In this document: positions 30,938-41,556 of the stretch, piece by piece | Numbering within the stretch: position 1 is the stretch's first letter | How the letters are laid out: every line of letters begins with the position of its first letter | Source of the DNA: Calditrichia bacterium | GTDB lineage: Bacteria > Calditrichota > Calditrichia > JAJRVZ01 | NCBI GenBank assembly: GCA_963777955.1 | Contig: CAVZSQ010000013.1 | Span: forward strand, 288,001 to 352,000 | Direction: 5' to 3' | Length of the DNA stretch: 64,000 nucleotides | Translations under genes and position numbers: made by a program | The notes under the pieces: model-generated | Database searches by the model: none | What the model was told of the DNA's origin: nothing | What the model saw: the letters and a program-made list of their open reading frames with translations, nothing else

Positions 30938-32009
30938 TTACTGTTTTTTCCTGGCCTGTTCAAGTTTCTCCAGATTTTCCAGATATCCTTTTTGTTGCGG
31001 CGCCAGTTCGACAGCCTTTTTCATGTGTTCAACAGCCTGATCGATCTGACCGTTTTCAAATTCCAGCCAGGCCAGGGTATCCCAGATATGCGCCGCCTGC
31101 GGTTCGAGTTGTACCGCCTTTCGCGCCAATTCTATCCCCTGTTCATAGCGGTCTTTAATTTTCTGCATGTAAATGTACCAGGCACAGTCATTCATAAAAT
31201 CTGTATTTTCCGGCAACCGTTTGACAACTTGTTCATAGGCAGCGAATAATTTATCCTGCATCTCTTTCTGCCGGTAAAACCTGATCAGGGAGTTATAACC
31301 CCGTTCAATATTTGCCTTAGCAGTAGACTGTTTAAGCCAGTCGATCAAGGGTTGATCGTCATCCAGGGTATTCAAAGTATTAATCGCCATATAACCGCGG
31401 CATTCTTCGTTATACCCGTGCAGATCCTGCGGATCCAATTCTATAATTCTGCTGAAATAGGGCTGCGCTTCGGCCAACTCCCACCGGCTGGTATACTTTT
31501 TAGCCAGACGATAATTGGCTTCCACATCATCCGGAGATTGCTGCTAATACTACCTGCATGGCACCGAGCGTGTTCTTGCCGTTTACATAGTCCAGTACGG
31601 TCTGATAATAGGAAACCTTATCCCCATCATAACCGCAAATGCGGTCGATTTCCATTCCGCTATTCTGAAAAAATAAAACAGTGGGATACCCCTGGACATT
31701 GAATTTATTCCGGTATTCTTTGCCCACATCTTGCTGACCATTGATTTTGATACTTATGAACTGAGAATTGAAATAGGCACTATAAATAGAATCCTGATAG
31801 ACTTCACGGTCTAACTTTACGCAACCGCCTCAGCCAGCCGACCAGAAGTCGACCATGAGCAGTTTGTTCCTCTGCTGAGCCAGCAGCAAAGCCTCTTCAT
31901 ACTTTTTCTGTTCAAACTTAACCAGAGTGGAAAGTTGATCTTCAGATTTTTGCCGGCAGGAATAAGAACCGATTATAACCAGAATTAGGACCAGAGTTAA
32001 TAATCTCAT
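30938..32009 (-). CDS. Probable selenoprotein: lipoprotein thioredoxin-fold (UGGC) plus TPR domain; in-frame TGA at 31830-31832 and one frameshift near 31545
   Basis: ATG 32009 with GGGAG RBS; MRLLTLVLILVIIGSYSC...LLMVDFWSAG-TGA-GGCVKLDREVY...FNVQGYPTVLFF..EIDRICGY, in frame with ORF 31527..31727; continues into TPR ORF 30938..31525. Confidence 0.82.
31798..31813 (-). promoter_or_regulatory. Candidate bacterial SECIS hairpin
   Basis: UAGAC-CGUGAA-GUCUA starting 16 nt after the UGA, with G in second loop position. Confidence 0.55.
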
Positions 32010-32260
32010 AGATGCTCCCTGAAAGATGATTTAATCCGCGGTTTGATCTGTAATACGCAATATTGTATATCAGGTTACAAATATAAACAAAATATATGGA
32101 TGTCGCTGCAGATTATTTTTCCCCCCGCGAATAAATCTGATTTAACTCTTGTTCTATAACATTGGCTTTATATAATAATATTATTATATTTGAACTTTAT
32201 ATTTTTCCTGGGGAAAGACAGAAATAATCATAAATCAATTAATGAGCGAGGGGATGCGCT

Positions 32261-34624
32261 ATGTCAATTAAGAAATCGTTAGTTCTGCTATTGCTGTTCT
32301 ATTTCGGCTGTGCCGCTTTTAAACAACTGCAGCCCGATCCGGAAATCTCATTTCTGGAAAACGGTTATATCAAAATCAGCGACGATGAAGATAAATTCGA
32401 ATTGGCCCAGGGGAAAAAATATTATATGGAATTTCCCCAGCCGCAATATGAAAACACCTATCTGGTATTGACTGTGGACAAGAAGCCGCTGATACATTCC
32501 TACCTGACGAAGTCCTTCGATGACGGCAAAGGTACGATCATCAGAATGGCAGATGAAACTCCCCAGCCCTTGACGATGAGTGTGTATCAGGTCGATAAAA
32601 CAATTCCGCTGTATTACTGGGTCATCGATACGGTACGTCTGGATCTGGCCCTGGATATGCAGTACCGCTATGTCGCCATCTGGCGTTTTAAGTTCGAGCA
32701 GAAAAAAGAAGAATATGAGTCTGTTTTAAAACAAAACACACACGGCCGCAATGTCTACAATTCCATCGGAGTGAGTCTGGCGGCCAAAGATATCAGTTAC
32801 TCGGGTGAACAATTAGCCCTGCAACAACAGGTGCAGAAATTGACGGACCTGCATTCCCGCCTGGAAGAGATAGAGAAAATATTTCCCGGCCATATTTTAA
32901 ACAGCACTGACGAATCGTACCTGGCTTATATTTCTCTGCAGAAAAATCTGGAAAGTGAGATCCTGTTCCAAAAAAAATACCAACTGGCCTTAACGGCACT
33001 GTCTGCACTTAGTGATCCCGGGCAGAGCCTGTCCTCCTTTCTCGAAAAAACACCGGACTACAATTTGTTATTGAGCGACAGCAGTTTCTATCAGCCAAAT
33101 CTCATCAAGGAATGCCGGAGGTTAATTCAGCCGCGCCTGCAGGACCTGCCGGGATATCTGCAGACCGAATTTCGGCAAAAGCAAAACAGCGATCCGATCC
33201 CGCTGGATATGAACAGTGTTCAAAAACTCTATGTGCAGAGCGGACAAGCCATACCTGAAACAATTGTTCAAGCAGACAAGTTTGTTTCGGCCTTCAACAA
33301 GCGCAGCCAGGCATTGCTTAATTCCAAAACGGAATTAAGTACGCTGCATACTGCGGTACAAAACTCCGCCGGCTGGCCGGGTGATGCTTATTACCTTGAC
33401 CGCCGCTCCGAATTGTCAGCCATGCGTTCAAAGATTCCCCCGACCGATCTTGAACCTTTCGGTGAGTATCAATCATTGAATTGTGTAAGCCTGCTGCATA
33501 AAGATGTGAATAATTTCCGCAGCAGCCTGGCTGAAACAGAAGTAAAATATCAGCGTGCCGGAGGATTGGTGTCGGAAATCAACCAGTACAGGGTTCAGGG
33601 ATCCTACCGTGAAATTATCCGCTTGCTGCGCACTAACAGCGATCTGACTTTCCTGGTCGCCCAGTACCCGGACATCGATGATCTTTCCGTGGCCCAGCAG
33701 AAGTCTTTGATCGAGGAATCGCTGAGCCAGCAGATGTGGCAGAATGCCGAGACCAGCCTGGAAGCCCTGTATCGGGATGATCTTTTTATCAACCCGGCCA
33801 GAACGATACCTCTAAAAAACCAGATGGTCGGCGAATACGAAAACCGTCTGCGCGAAACAGTAGAAACAGTTTCCGCGAATAATGCCAATGCCCTGCTGGA
33901 ACAAAATTTGTCAACCTTTATTGGAGTAGATTCTTTGTATACTAATCCGGCTTTCTTCCCGGTTCATAAACTGACTTTCAGCAGCGAAAGTTATGAGGAA
34001 CTGGATAGAAAAAACCGCGAGATCGCAGCAAAGATGACTTATATCAGAAACGAAAAATTCCCCGAATCAGCCATCCAGGTCCTCTACCGCGAATTCTCCC
34101 AGAATCCCCAGGATAACGGGGTGGGCAAAGCTCGCGCTGTTGTCATCCATGGAAAAAACTATCAGGGGCAGGATCAGAAGATTAAAAATCTGGTAGCCGA
34201 ATGTGATCCGGCCGCAGCCAAGTGGATCACCAAGCCGACTTCCTATCGTAAAATATATACACTGCCCGTCAGCAATAATCGTTCCGGCAACAATGAATAC
34301 ATGATACGCATCAATCTGCAGATCCCCTCCGAAGCTCAGTTCCCTGTTTTTGATGTGAACGTCAAACTGCCGGAAGAGATCGCCCGCAAAGCGGGTAGTG
34401 CCCAATGGTACAATGAGGTAACATTCAACAAGAAGGTCCTGAAAAACGAAGGCCGTTTCAGTATCACCGCTCCGAGTGCAGCGAACGGTTATGAAGTTCA
34501 GATCACCCCCTTGCAGGTGAATAAAACCGGCAATAACATCCTGGAAATCCGTTTTAATTTTGCCGCTTTCAAAGTATTCGAAGTCAGTATTATGGCCCAG
34601 AAACCGATCATCAAGAAAAATTAA
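32261..34624 (+). CDS. Large hypothetical lipoprotein (mostly helical)
   Basis: 787-aa ORF, LLLFYFGC lipobox, GAGGGG RBS; first gene of the ABC operon. Confidence 0.8.
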   Translation: MSIKKSLVLLLLFYFGCAAFKQLQPDPEISFLENGYIKISDDEDKFELAQGKKYYMEFPQPQYENTYLVLTVDKKPLIHSYLTKSFDDGKGTIIRMADETPQPLTMSVYQVDKTIPLYYWVIDTVRLDLALDMQYRYVAIWRFKFEQKKEEYESVLKQNTHGRNVYNSIGVSLAAKDISYSGEQLALQQQVQKLTDLHSRLEEIEKIFPGHILNSTDESYLAYISLQKNLESEILFQKKYQLALTALSALSDPGQSLSSFLEKTPDYNLLLSDSSFYQPNLIKECRRLIQPRLQDLPGYLQTEFRQKQNSDPIPLDMNSVQKLYVQSGQAIPETIVQADKFVSAFNKRSQALLNSKTELSTLHTAVQNSAGWPGDAYYLDRRSELSAMRSKIPPTDLEPFGEYQSLNCVSLLHKDVNNFRSSLAETEVKYQRAGGLVSEINQYRVQGSYREIIRLLRTNSDLTFLVAQYPDIDDLSVAQQKSLIEESLSQQMWQNAETSLEALYRDDLFINPARTIPLKNQMVGEYENRLRETVETVSANNANALLEQNLSTFIGVDSLYTNPAFFPVHKLTFSSESYEELDRKNREIAAKMTYIRNEKFPESAIQVLYREFSQNPQDNGVGKARAVVIHGKNYQGQDQKIKNLVAECDPAAAKWITKPTSYRKIYTLPVSNNRSGNNEYMIRINLQIPSEAQFPVFDVNVKLPEEIARKAGSAQWYNEVTFNKKVLKNEGRFSITAPSAANGYEVQITPLQVNKTGNNILEIRFNFAAFKVFEVSIMAQKPIIKKN

Positions 34625-34644
34625 GCAAAACGAAAGGACGCAAA

Positions 34645-36371
34645 ATGAAAAAATATATCATCATCGGTAGCCTGGTCGTCGTTGCCGCTGCTATAGTGGT
34701 TTTCCTGTTGTGGAAACGGGATCAATCCGGAAAAATAGTTATTCCCTATATCGCCCATCAAAAACCTTATATCGATCCTCATTTGCCCGATTATAATTCC
34801 CTCTCCGATAAACTGGACGAAGTACTTTTTGACGGTCTGTTCAATATTTCGGCCAATCCCAGCGGTATTACTTACGAGGACGGGCTGGGTGAATTAATCG
34901 GCATCGATAACAACAACCTGGTCACGGTGCGCTTAAAAGTCAATCAAAAGTGGCACAGCAGTTATAGCGTACGCCAGGATGATGATAAAATCCTGATCCA
35001 GGAAAGCACACCGAACTATTTTACAGCCGAAGATCTCCGCTTTACCATGAACAGGATTCAAACGACTGGGTAGTTTATCTCCGGATTATATATTGGTCTC
35101 GCAGGCACTGCCGGATTTTAATTTTACTGATCCAGATCAGAATAATGATATCCAGTTTCAATTCAAAAGTGACCGCATCTGGGTTGATGCTGATATTAAA
35201 GAGGTATTATCGTTTAAAATATTACCTAAAAATTCAGGCCTGAACTCCCGCAACTACCTGGAGGGCAGCGGTCCTTATCTGGCCATTAACAGAAATGCCG
35301 AGGTTACCAATTTCCTCAAGAATCCCTCCGGCCAGGCTAACATTCAAAATCTCATTCTGGAACCCTTTATCGACAACAGTACTTATACCACTGAATTCAA
35401 GAACAATAAAATTAATGTGCTGCTTAATACCCCTTTCGGAAGTTTATCACCGATTCTGGCCAAACCGGAAAAATACTTTACCAAATCCAATATCAGTACT
35501 TCATTTGTTTCAATTTTTTTCAATACCATGCGGCTTGACCGAAACCAGCGCCAGGCTGTGCGTAATCTGATAGACCGCCAGCGGATACTTAACCGTTTCT
35601 TTAAGATCGGCACTGAACAGCAGCGCCATATCGTCGATTACAAGGGCAACTCGGACAATTATCAGGACTATCCGAACTACAGTATTTTCCCATCCAGCTC
35701 ATATTATATAGAAGAAGAAATCGTGACCCCTGACCGCCAGCAAATGATTCCCGATCAGGGCAGTTTACCCGATACGGTGCATATTGCCGCCTGCATGAAC
35801 TATGGCTTTCGCGAGGAATACCGCGATCTGATCGAGATCCTGAACGATCCAACCCTCTTCGCCGGAAAACTGAAAGTGACCGCCGTCCAGAATGAGGATC
35901 TGCGGCGCGGTAATTACGATGCCGTGCTATTGATCATGACCGGTTACCGCAGTACGTTCCTGTTCGATCTCTATGATATTTTCCTGCGTGAACCGGATCT
36001 GGCCACATATAACATTAATCTGCAGACCGCCCTGGATGCCAGTGGTCAGAAAACCATTCTGCCCGCTTCGCTGCAGGCTGACAAAAACTTTTTCCGTCTG
36101 GATGCCGCTGCTGCAGCCTGAACAACAGGATATCCTCACCCTGCTGAACTATATTTACGGATTCATGTCGACCCGGGAAATCGGCGATAAGCAGGAATAT
36201 GCCCGGCGTATCGATGAACTGGAACACGAGCTGGCCCTGGGATCCTGGCTGTTCTCTCTGCCTTCACTGGCTTACTTCAGTACACAATTTGATGCACAAA
36301 GCATAGACTTATACGGTGTGGCTTCCCAGTTATCCACCATTGAAAAATGGCAGGAAAGGAAAGAAAAATAA
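34645..36371 (+). CDS. Divergent ABC substrate-binding protein (family 5-like), membrane-anchored; frameshifts near 35070 and 36115
   Basis: Joins 34645..35073, 35093..36121 and 35973..36371; IDPH..LFDGLF, FTAEDLRFT, GSGPY, IFFNT are SBP_bac_5-like motifs. Confidence 0.65.
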
Positions 36372-36418
36372 CTTTTATAAATCCACTTGAGAGTATAAGG
36401 TATAGGGCCTCGGGTATA

Positions 36419-37306
36419 ATGGTATCCAGGTCAGTTTCAATATTTTTCCTGCTGCTGATCCTGAGCCTATGGTTTGTCCGTCCGGTAGTTGCCGGTCCTG
36501 ACCGCCAGCTGACGGGCGATTATCTCATAATCGAAGAACCTGCTGCCCTGAAGATTTACAATAAATACGAACAAAAAATCAATTCCGACGATGCGGAATT
36601 GTTCAAACCCTTCTGCGCTTTGCGTCTGACCGATAGCAATATAACCTTAAGCGATAATTTTACGCTGGCCGACCGCATAGAAATAGAGGGGATGTACTTT
36701 TATCTGTTGAAAACCAACCGGCAGACACTTGATGTTTCCCAATCGGCAGGATATCTGAAAGAACTCCGCGGGGTACGGGTTATCGAAGATACCGTGGTAA
36801 TCAGCCGGGAGAATATGTTCTATTTACAAACACCCGGATCATCAGCAAAGACCGTGCTACCGGCAGGCACCCTGCTTCCAGCAGGGTGTATATTGCGACG
36901 AATATTTTTTAGCGGCAACATGACTTACATACAGATTCTTGATGAAACCCGGCAATACGGTTGGTGCAATTTATCGGCTAAATCCGGCTGGCACAAACTA
37001 CTCCGGCCGGTAGCCGAAACGGATCTGAGCGTTATCCTGAAGAGGATTCAACCGGTTTTCGACCGCTATAATTCGCTTTACCGCAATTCCTTCCAATATT
37101 TTAATGCTCAGACCGGCGAGCAGCGGGCAATTCCATACTGGCAGGTGGAAATGAAAAATAAACGGATTACCGGCAAACTTCTGAATATTTCCAGTGCTGT
37201 TTCTCTGCAAAACAGTCTGCCCTATCTGATCAATGAAGTACAGCAGCATCTGCGCAATACACACTTACAGATCACTCAAATGACTGCCGGGATCGAAATC
37301 AAATAG
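36419..37306 (+). CDS. Hypothetical exported protein (possible SH3-like segment)
   Basis: Signal peptide from ATG 36419; LPAGCILRRI..YIQI...YGWC resembles SH3b; lies inside the operon. Confidence 0.65.
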   Translation: MVSRSVSIFFLLLILSLWFVRPVVAGPDRQLTGDYLIIEEPAALKIYNKYEQKINSDDAELFKPFCALRLTDSNITLSDNFTLADRIEIEGMYFYLLKTNRQTLDVSQSAGYLKELRGVRVIEDTVVISRENMFYLQTPGSSAKTVLPAGTLLPAGCILRRIFFSGNMTYIQILDETRQYGWCNLSAKSGWHKLLRPVAETDLSVILKRIQPVFDRYNSLYRNSFQYFNAQTGEQRAIPYWQVEMKNKRITGKLLNISSAVSLQNSLPYLINEVQQHLRNTHLQITQMTAGIEIK

Positions 37307-37313
37307 ACAGAAT

Positions 37314-38444
37314 ATGATCAGAAAAAAAATTATCGAGCACGGCATTGCCCTGGTCCTGGTAGGAATTGTTTTTGTGTTAATCTCCTTACTGCTGATCCGG
37401 GACAGCGCAGGGCCGTTGAGCGATAACGAGAAATTGGTCCAGCAATATGCCGCTGCGGGCTTTATTGACTGGAACGATCCTGCCCAGAGAGCCGTTTTTA
37501 AAGATGTCTGGAATATCTATCATCCCGCTCAATCCTTAAAAGTCGATTCTTTGTCAGCTGCGATAACCAGTGCTTATAATTCCAAGGCAGGACTGGCTGC
37601 CCGGAGACCTGGCGGCAAAACCGAACTGTCTTTTCCGGAAAATATACTGAGACTGGCACCGCTGTATTTAAATTTTATCTTCGTCTATGTTATTGTCCTG
37701 ATTTTCAGTTATTATGCGGCGCAGACCTGCGGCATATGGCGTTTTGTGCAGATGAAGCGGGGACGGTCTTCTTATCTGCAATTACTGTATGTTGAAATTC
37801 AGCATAGACCGGCAAGGTCGCATTTTAAAGAAATCTGTATCTGGGTGGTTCGCTGCGGCAGATTGCTTGGGTTCGCGTTGCTAAAGGGAATTATTTATTT
37901 GACTCTTTTTGCCCCGGCTTATGTTGTGGCCTATGCTTTTAAAACCAGTTTTGATACTGATTCCATTTTGTTCATGATAGTACTGGGCGCATTTTCAAAT
38001 GGCCTGTTGATCACTTACACTCAGAAATTTTTTGCCTATTTGATCAGCGAAAGCCACAAAGGCTATCTGCAAACTGCGCTGGTGAAAAATTTAAAACGCT
38101 CCTACCAGTACAATTCTGCCGACGGCATTCCGCTCAGCAGCATGCTGCGTTTTAAAAAAGTTTTTCCCGGACATGTGTTCGGACATATTTACAGCAATGC
38201 CCGCTATCAATATCTGCCCGCCTTAAAAGAGCAGGCCTCTTTTTTAATTACCGGATTGATTATTATCGAAATGGCCCTGAATATCCAGAATCATTTATGC
38301 TATGACTTATTACAGAATTTATTATACCAGGATTACACATCCGTACTGATCGCTGTCTTCGGAATTTTCCTGATTATTAAAAGCACCGAAATCGTAACCG
38401 ATGTCCTGTATCTCAGGGAAACACAAAGATATGAAAACCGTTAA
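37314..38444 (+). CDS. Divergent ABC permease (OppB/DppB-like C-terminus)
   Basis: Multiple TM helices; ESHKGYLQTALVKNL (EAA-like), LITGLIIIEM, QDYTSVL. Confidence 0.6.
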   Translation: MIRKKIIEHGIALVLVGIVFVLISLLLIRDSAGPLSDNEKLVQQYAAAGFIDWNDPAQRAVFKDVWNIYHPAQSLKVDSLSAAITSAYNSKAGLAARRPGGKTELSFPENILRLAPLYLNFIFVYVIVLIFSYYAAQTCGIWRFVQMKRGRSSYLQLLYVEIQHRPARSHFKEICIWVVRCGRLLGFALLKGIIYLTLFAPAYVVAYAFKTSFDTDSILFMIVLGAFSNGLLITYTQKFFAYLISESHKGYLQTALVKNLKRSYQYNSADGIPLSSMLRFKKVFPGHVFGHIYSNARYQYLPALKEQASFLITGLIIIEMALNIQNHLCYDLLQNLLYQDYTSVLIAVFGIFLIIKSTEIVTDVLYLRETQRYENR

Positions 38445-39294
38445 GGTCGAAAAGACCACGAGGAAAGATATTATCTGGCTGGTGTGCTGGCTCGCCGTTA
38501 TGGGATTGCTGTGGATCTGGGATTTATATTTCCTGAATGCCCCGGCACTGCACCAGGTACAGAACGGTTTTCTGAATACTTTCGTGATCTCCTGCCTGGT
38601 GATCATTTTTTCCAGCAGCGTAGCCTGGTTAACAGTAAATAGTATACATTATCTTAAAACTCTGCGTTTTAAATTTATTTTTCACACAGTTAATTTTATA
38701 CTCAATTTGCTCCGCTCGGTACCACAGATCATCGGCATTCTTTTCGGGTATGTGCTGCTGACCGTGCTGATACAGCGTGAAATTATTAACGGGACATTTA
38801 TGCAGCTGTGCGCCATGGCCGCTGTGATAAGTATGTTTACCTTTCTGGAATTGCATGATATGCTGCTGGAGAGAATTGATCACTTTCAGAAACTGGATTT
38901 TTGTAATGCCATGCGGGTTTGCGGGATCAGTGAATTTCGAATCATTAACCATGAAATCCTGTTCAGCAACAGCCGCGCTCACATCTTATACAAACTTATA
39001 GCAATTTTCGGCATGGCCGTTTTCCTGCAATGCAGCATTGATTTTATTGTTTCGGTTGGACTTTCGCTGCAGTTGAGCCCGGTTAATTTTCCCCTGACCC
39101 TGGGTAGTTTGTTGGCCAAGATTGACAGCAAACAGGACATTCTGGCTATCGGTTATAGTCTGACCAACTGGGATTATATCGGCAACTTATTTACCCGGCA
39201 TCTGCAGGGAATTTCGGTAGCATTCATAATTGTCTACACCCTGCTCTGTATTCATAAAATTTCTAATGCCTATTCCCGGCGGCGACAAATATGA
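38431..39294 (+). CDS. Divergent ABC permease (OppC/DppC-like)
   Basis: LLRSVPQII, DFCNAMRVCGISEFRIINHEIL (EAA loop), TLGSLL. Confidence 0.65.
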   Translation: MKTVKVEKTTRKDIIWLVCWLAVMGLLWIWDLYFLNAPALHQVQNGFLNTFVISCLVIIFSSSVAWLTVNSIHYLKTLRFKFIFHTVNFILNLLRSVPQIIGILFGYVLLTVLIQREIINGTFMQLCAMAAVISMFTFLELHDMLLERIDHFQKLDFCNAMRVCGISEFRIINHEILFSNSRAHILYKLIAIFGMAVFLQCSIDFIVSVGLSLQLSPVNFPLTLGSLLAKIDSKQDILAIGYSLTNWDYIGNLFTRHLQGISVAFIIVYTLLCIHKISNAYSRRRQI

Positions 39295-40793
39295 TATATA
39301 ATATTGAAATTAAAAAGTCCGGACGTACACTGGTTAGGATCGAAAATTTACGGATTCAGGACCGGGCAGTTAATTTCTTATTCGGCGAATCTGGCATCGG
39401 TAAGACCATGATCGCCCGGGCCATTTATGGTTTACTGGACGGCGAAGAATTCGATATTTCAATTAATGGTCAGCCATACTCTGTTTATTTACAGAGTGCG
39501 GAATTTCAGAATATTCCGCTGCACGGATTTTTTGTTTTCCAGGAACCTTCCTCTCATTTGAATCCACTGCTCAGAATCCGGCAACAGCTACGGGAAGGGA
39601 GTTTAATTCAGTCCGATCAGGAGCCGGAAATCCTGGGCAATTTATGGCCGGAAAAAAGCAATGAAGAACTGGAGCATATTCTGGATATTTATCCCCGTCC
39701 TTACCGGCCCAGCGGCGGCGAAAAGCAACGCATCCTGATGACCATGGCCTTCAAGAAAATCGATTTGTATTTACAGCAAAACAATGCACCAGCAACCTTG
39801 TTTATATTTGACGAGCCGACCGGGAATCTGGATAATATTCATCGTAATCAGTTTTTGCACTTTTTAATGAAAAAATACCTTCGGCGACAAGGTAATTTTA
39901 CGATCCTGTTCATCACTCACGATTATTCAATTATAGGCGAAATGGTGCAAAAATATCCGGAACTGCAGCAGCAATTTTCCTTCACCGATCTGCAACTCAC
40001 TCCTCAGGGTTTAGAACAACAGGATTTCTCAGCACAGCAATATCTGGATTGGCACAGCGGGATCAAATTTCTTGCGGTACCCCCCGAACGGGTAGCACCT
40101 CTGGCGTCGATATTAAGATTGGAAAGCCGGGTTACATTTTTTAACCGCAATCTGATCATTAGCAGGGATGTCCAGGGTAAGCTGGAGAGCGCCCTGGAAA
40201 TTTATCCCGGTGAGATGATTTATCTGAAAGCCGGCAGCGGGGTCGGAAAAACATCTTTGGTTAAAGGCATGCTGGGATTAATGCCGGTCGACCGCATGCA
40301 ACTTCGCCTGGCCGGATTAATTTTTAATGAAAAGACCGCCGGGCGGAACTGGCGGCGCAGGATCTGGGGTAAAAAAGCGGCTATGGTCTTCCAGCATGCC
40401 GATGAAGCGCTCAATCTGAACGCCCGGGTGAGAGATGTATTTAAAGGTTTGCCGCTTCCCGGCAAAATGAATTCGCAGAGACTGATTCAACAATTGCAGT
40501 GGATTTTTAATATGCCCATTGATGCCGGATTCCTGAAGCGGAAAATTTCCAGTTTAAGCGGCGGGCAAAAGCAGCGGCTGAACCTGCTACGGTCGCTGGT
40601 CCTGGATACCGACCTGCTCATACTTGATGAGCCTTTGAACGGACTCGGTTTTGAGAGCATACAAAAAGTCCTGGATCTGTTGCGGGAGAAACAGTCAGCC
40701 GGAAAAGGGATACTGTTGATTTCGCATAATGAAGATATCTTCGATAAACTGATTCCGCCAGAACATGTTTATTATCTGAATATCAGTTCGTGA
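39291..40793 (+). CDS. ABC transporter ATP-binding protein with two ATPase domains
   Basis: GESGIGKT, FQEPSSHLNP, SGGEKQR, FDEPT; AGSGVGKT, LSGGQKQR, LDEPL, ISHN. Confidence 0.88.
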   Translation: MIYNIEIKKSGRTLVRIENLRIQDRAVNFLFGESGIGKTMIARAIYGLLDGEEFDISINGQPYSVYLQSAEFQNIPLHGFFVFQEPSSHLNPLLRIRQQLREGSLIQSDQEPEILGNLWPEKSNEELEHILDIYPRPYRPSGGEKQRILMTMAFKKIDLYLQQNNAPATLFIFDEPTGNLDNIHRNQFLHFLMKKYLRRQGNFTILFITHDYSIIGEMVQKYPELQQQFSFTDLQLTPQGLEQQDFSAQQYLDWHSGIKFLAVPPERVAPLASILRLESRVTFFNRNLIISRDVQGKLESALEIYPGEMIYLKAGSGVGKTSLVKGMLGLMPVDRMQLRLAGLIFNEKTAGRNWRRRIWGKKAAMVFQHADEALNLNARVRDVFKGLPLPGKMNSQRLIQQLQWIFNMPIDAGFLKRKISSLSGGQKQRLNLLRSLVLDTDLLILDEPLNGLGFESIQKVLDLLREKQSAGKGILLISHNEDIFDKLIPPEHVYYLNISS

Positions 40794-40824
40794 ACGGGAC
40801 AGCCCATCAAATTTATCTGGTGAT

Positions 40825-41556
40825 TTAAAATATAATCCTTATTCCTACTCCTCCTGGATACACGGCAATAGACCAGCTCGTTTCAGAATTACGCCAGTTC
40901 AACTGCTCTGCGGATTTATACTTTTTAATATAGACGTCATAATCCTTTATCGCTCTCGTTGGCTGCGTCCATATTTGAGCCTCGGTAATTACTGTATTCA
41001 GGGCAAAGTTACCGACCCCTTCCCAGATATTTCTTTTAAAGCCAAGCCAAACGATGAGTCCGCTGCTGAGATTGGCGAGGCCGGTAATGGCATGGGTTTT
41101 CCATGATCTTCCCTCTTTTTCCCGTAAGGCGCTTTCCTGCAGTAATTTTTCTCCTGCCAGTAATTTATTCGTTCTTTCTTGCGGAGTACTTTCAGCAATA
41201 CTGGCAAACCGATCCGCTGCGGTGCCGGGACTCATAGGTGCAATAATCTGCCCCATTGCACCAAGGAAGGTCGTTGCCGCTCCCAAAGCCATATCCTGTC
41301 TGGTTTCTTTATCCGTACTGGTCATATATACAGCTCCCTGCCCTATGGTTGCCGCGCTGTAGCCAATCAACCAGCCATACCACCATACATTGGCATTTGA
41401 TTGCCCCTGCTCCAGCATTTGGTTAATGACCTGCAATCTCTCTTGAATCTGCGCATCAGAGAATTCAGGCTGAGCCAAAGCAATACGGAATGGAAAGAAG
41501 AAAAACGACAGTAAAATAATTGTTTCTGCAGTATTTCTGAAAAATAGTTTTTTCAA
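40825..41556 (-). CDS. Hypothetical exported/membrane protein
   Basis: 243-aa ORF with signal peptide, Gly-rich hydrophobic helices, C-terminal GVGIRIIF; overlaps the MFS stop. Confidence 0.7.
   Translation of the reverse strand: MKKLFFRNTAETIILLSFFFFPFRIALAQPEFSDAQIQERLQVINQMLEQGQSNANVWWYGWLIGYSAATIGQGAVYMTSTDKETRQDMALGAATTFLGAMGQIIAPMSPGTAADRFASIAESTPQERTNKLLAGEKLLQESALREKEGRSWKTHAITGLANLSSGLIVWLGFKRNIWEGVGNFALNTVITEAQIWTQPTRAIKDYDVYIKKYKSAEQLNWRNSETSWSIAVYPGGVGIRIIF

Noticed and set aside
34625..34644. GCAAAACGAAAGGACGCAAA resembles the c-di-GMP-I riboswitch core (GCAAA..GAAA..GACGCAAA)
   Set aside because: It is only a 20-nt intercistronic gap with no P2 stem or P3 region, and it is explained by the RBS.
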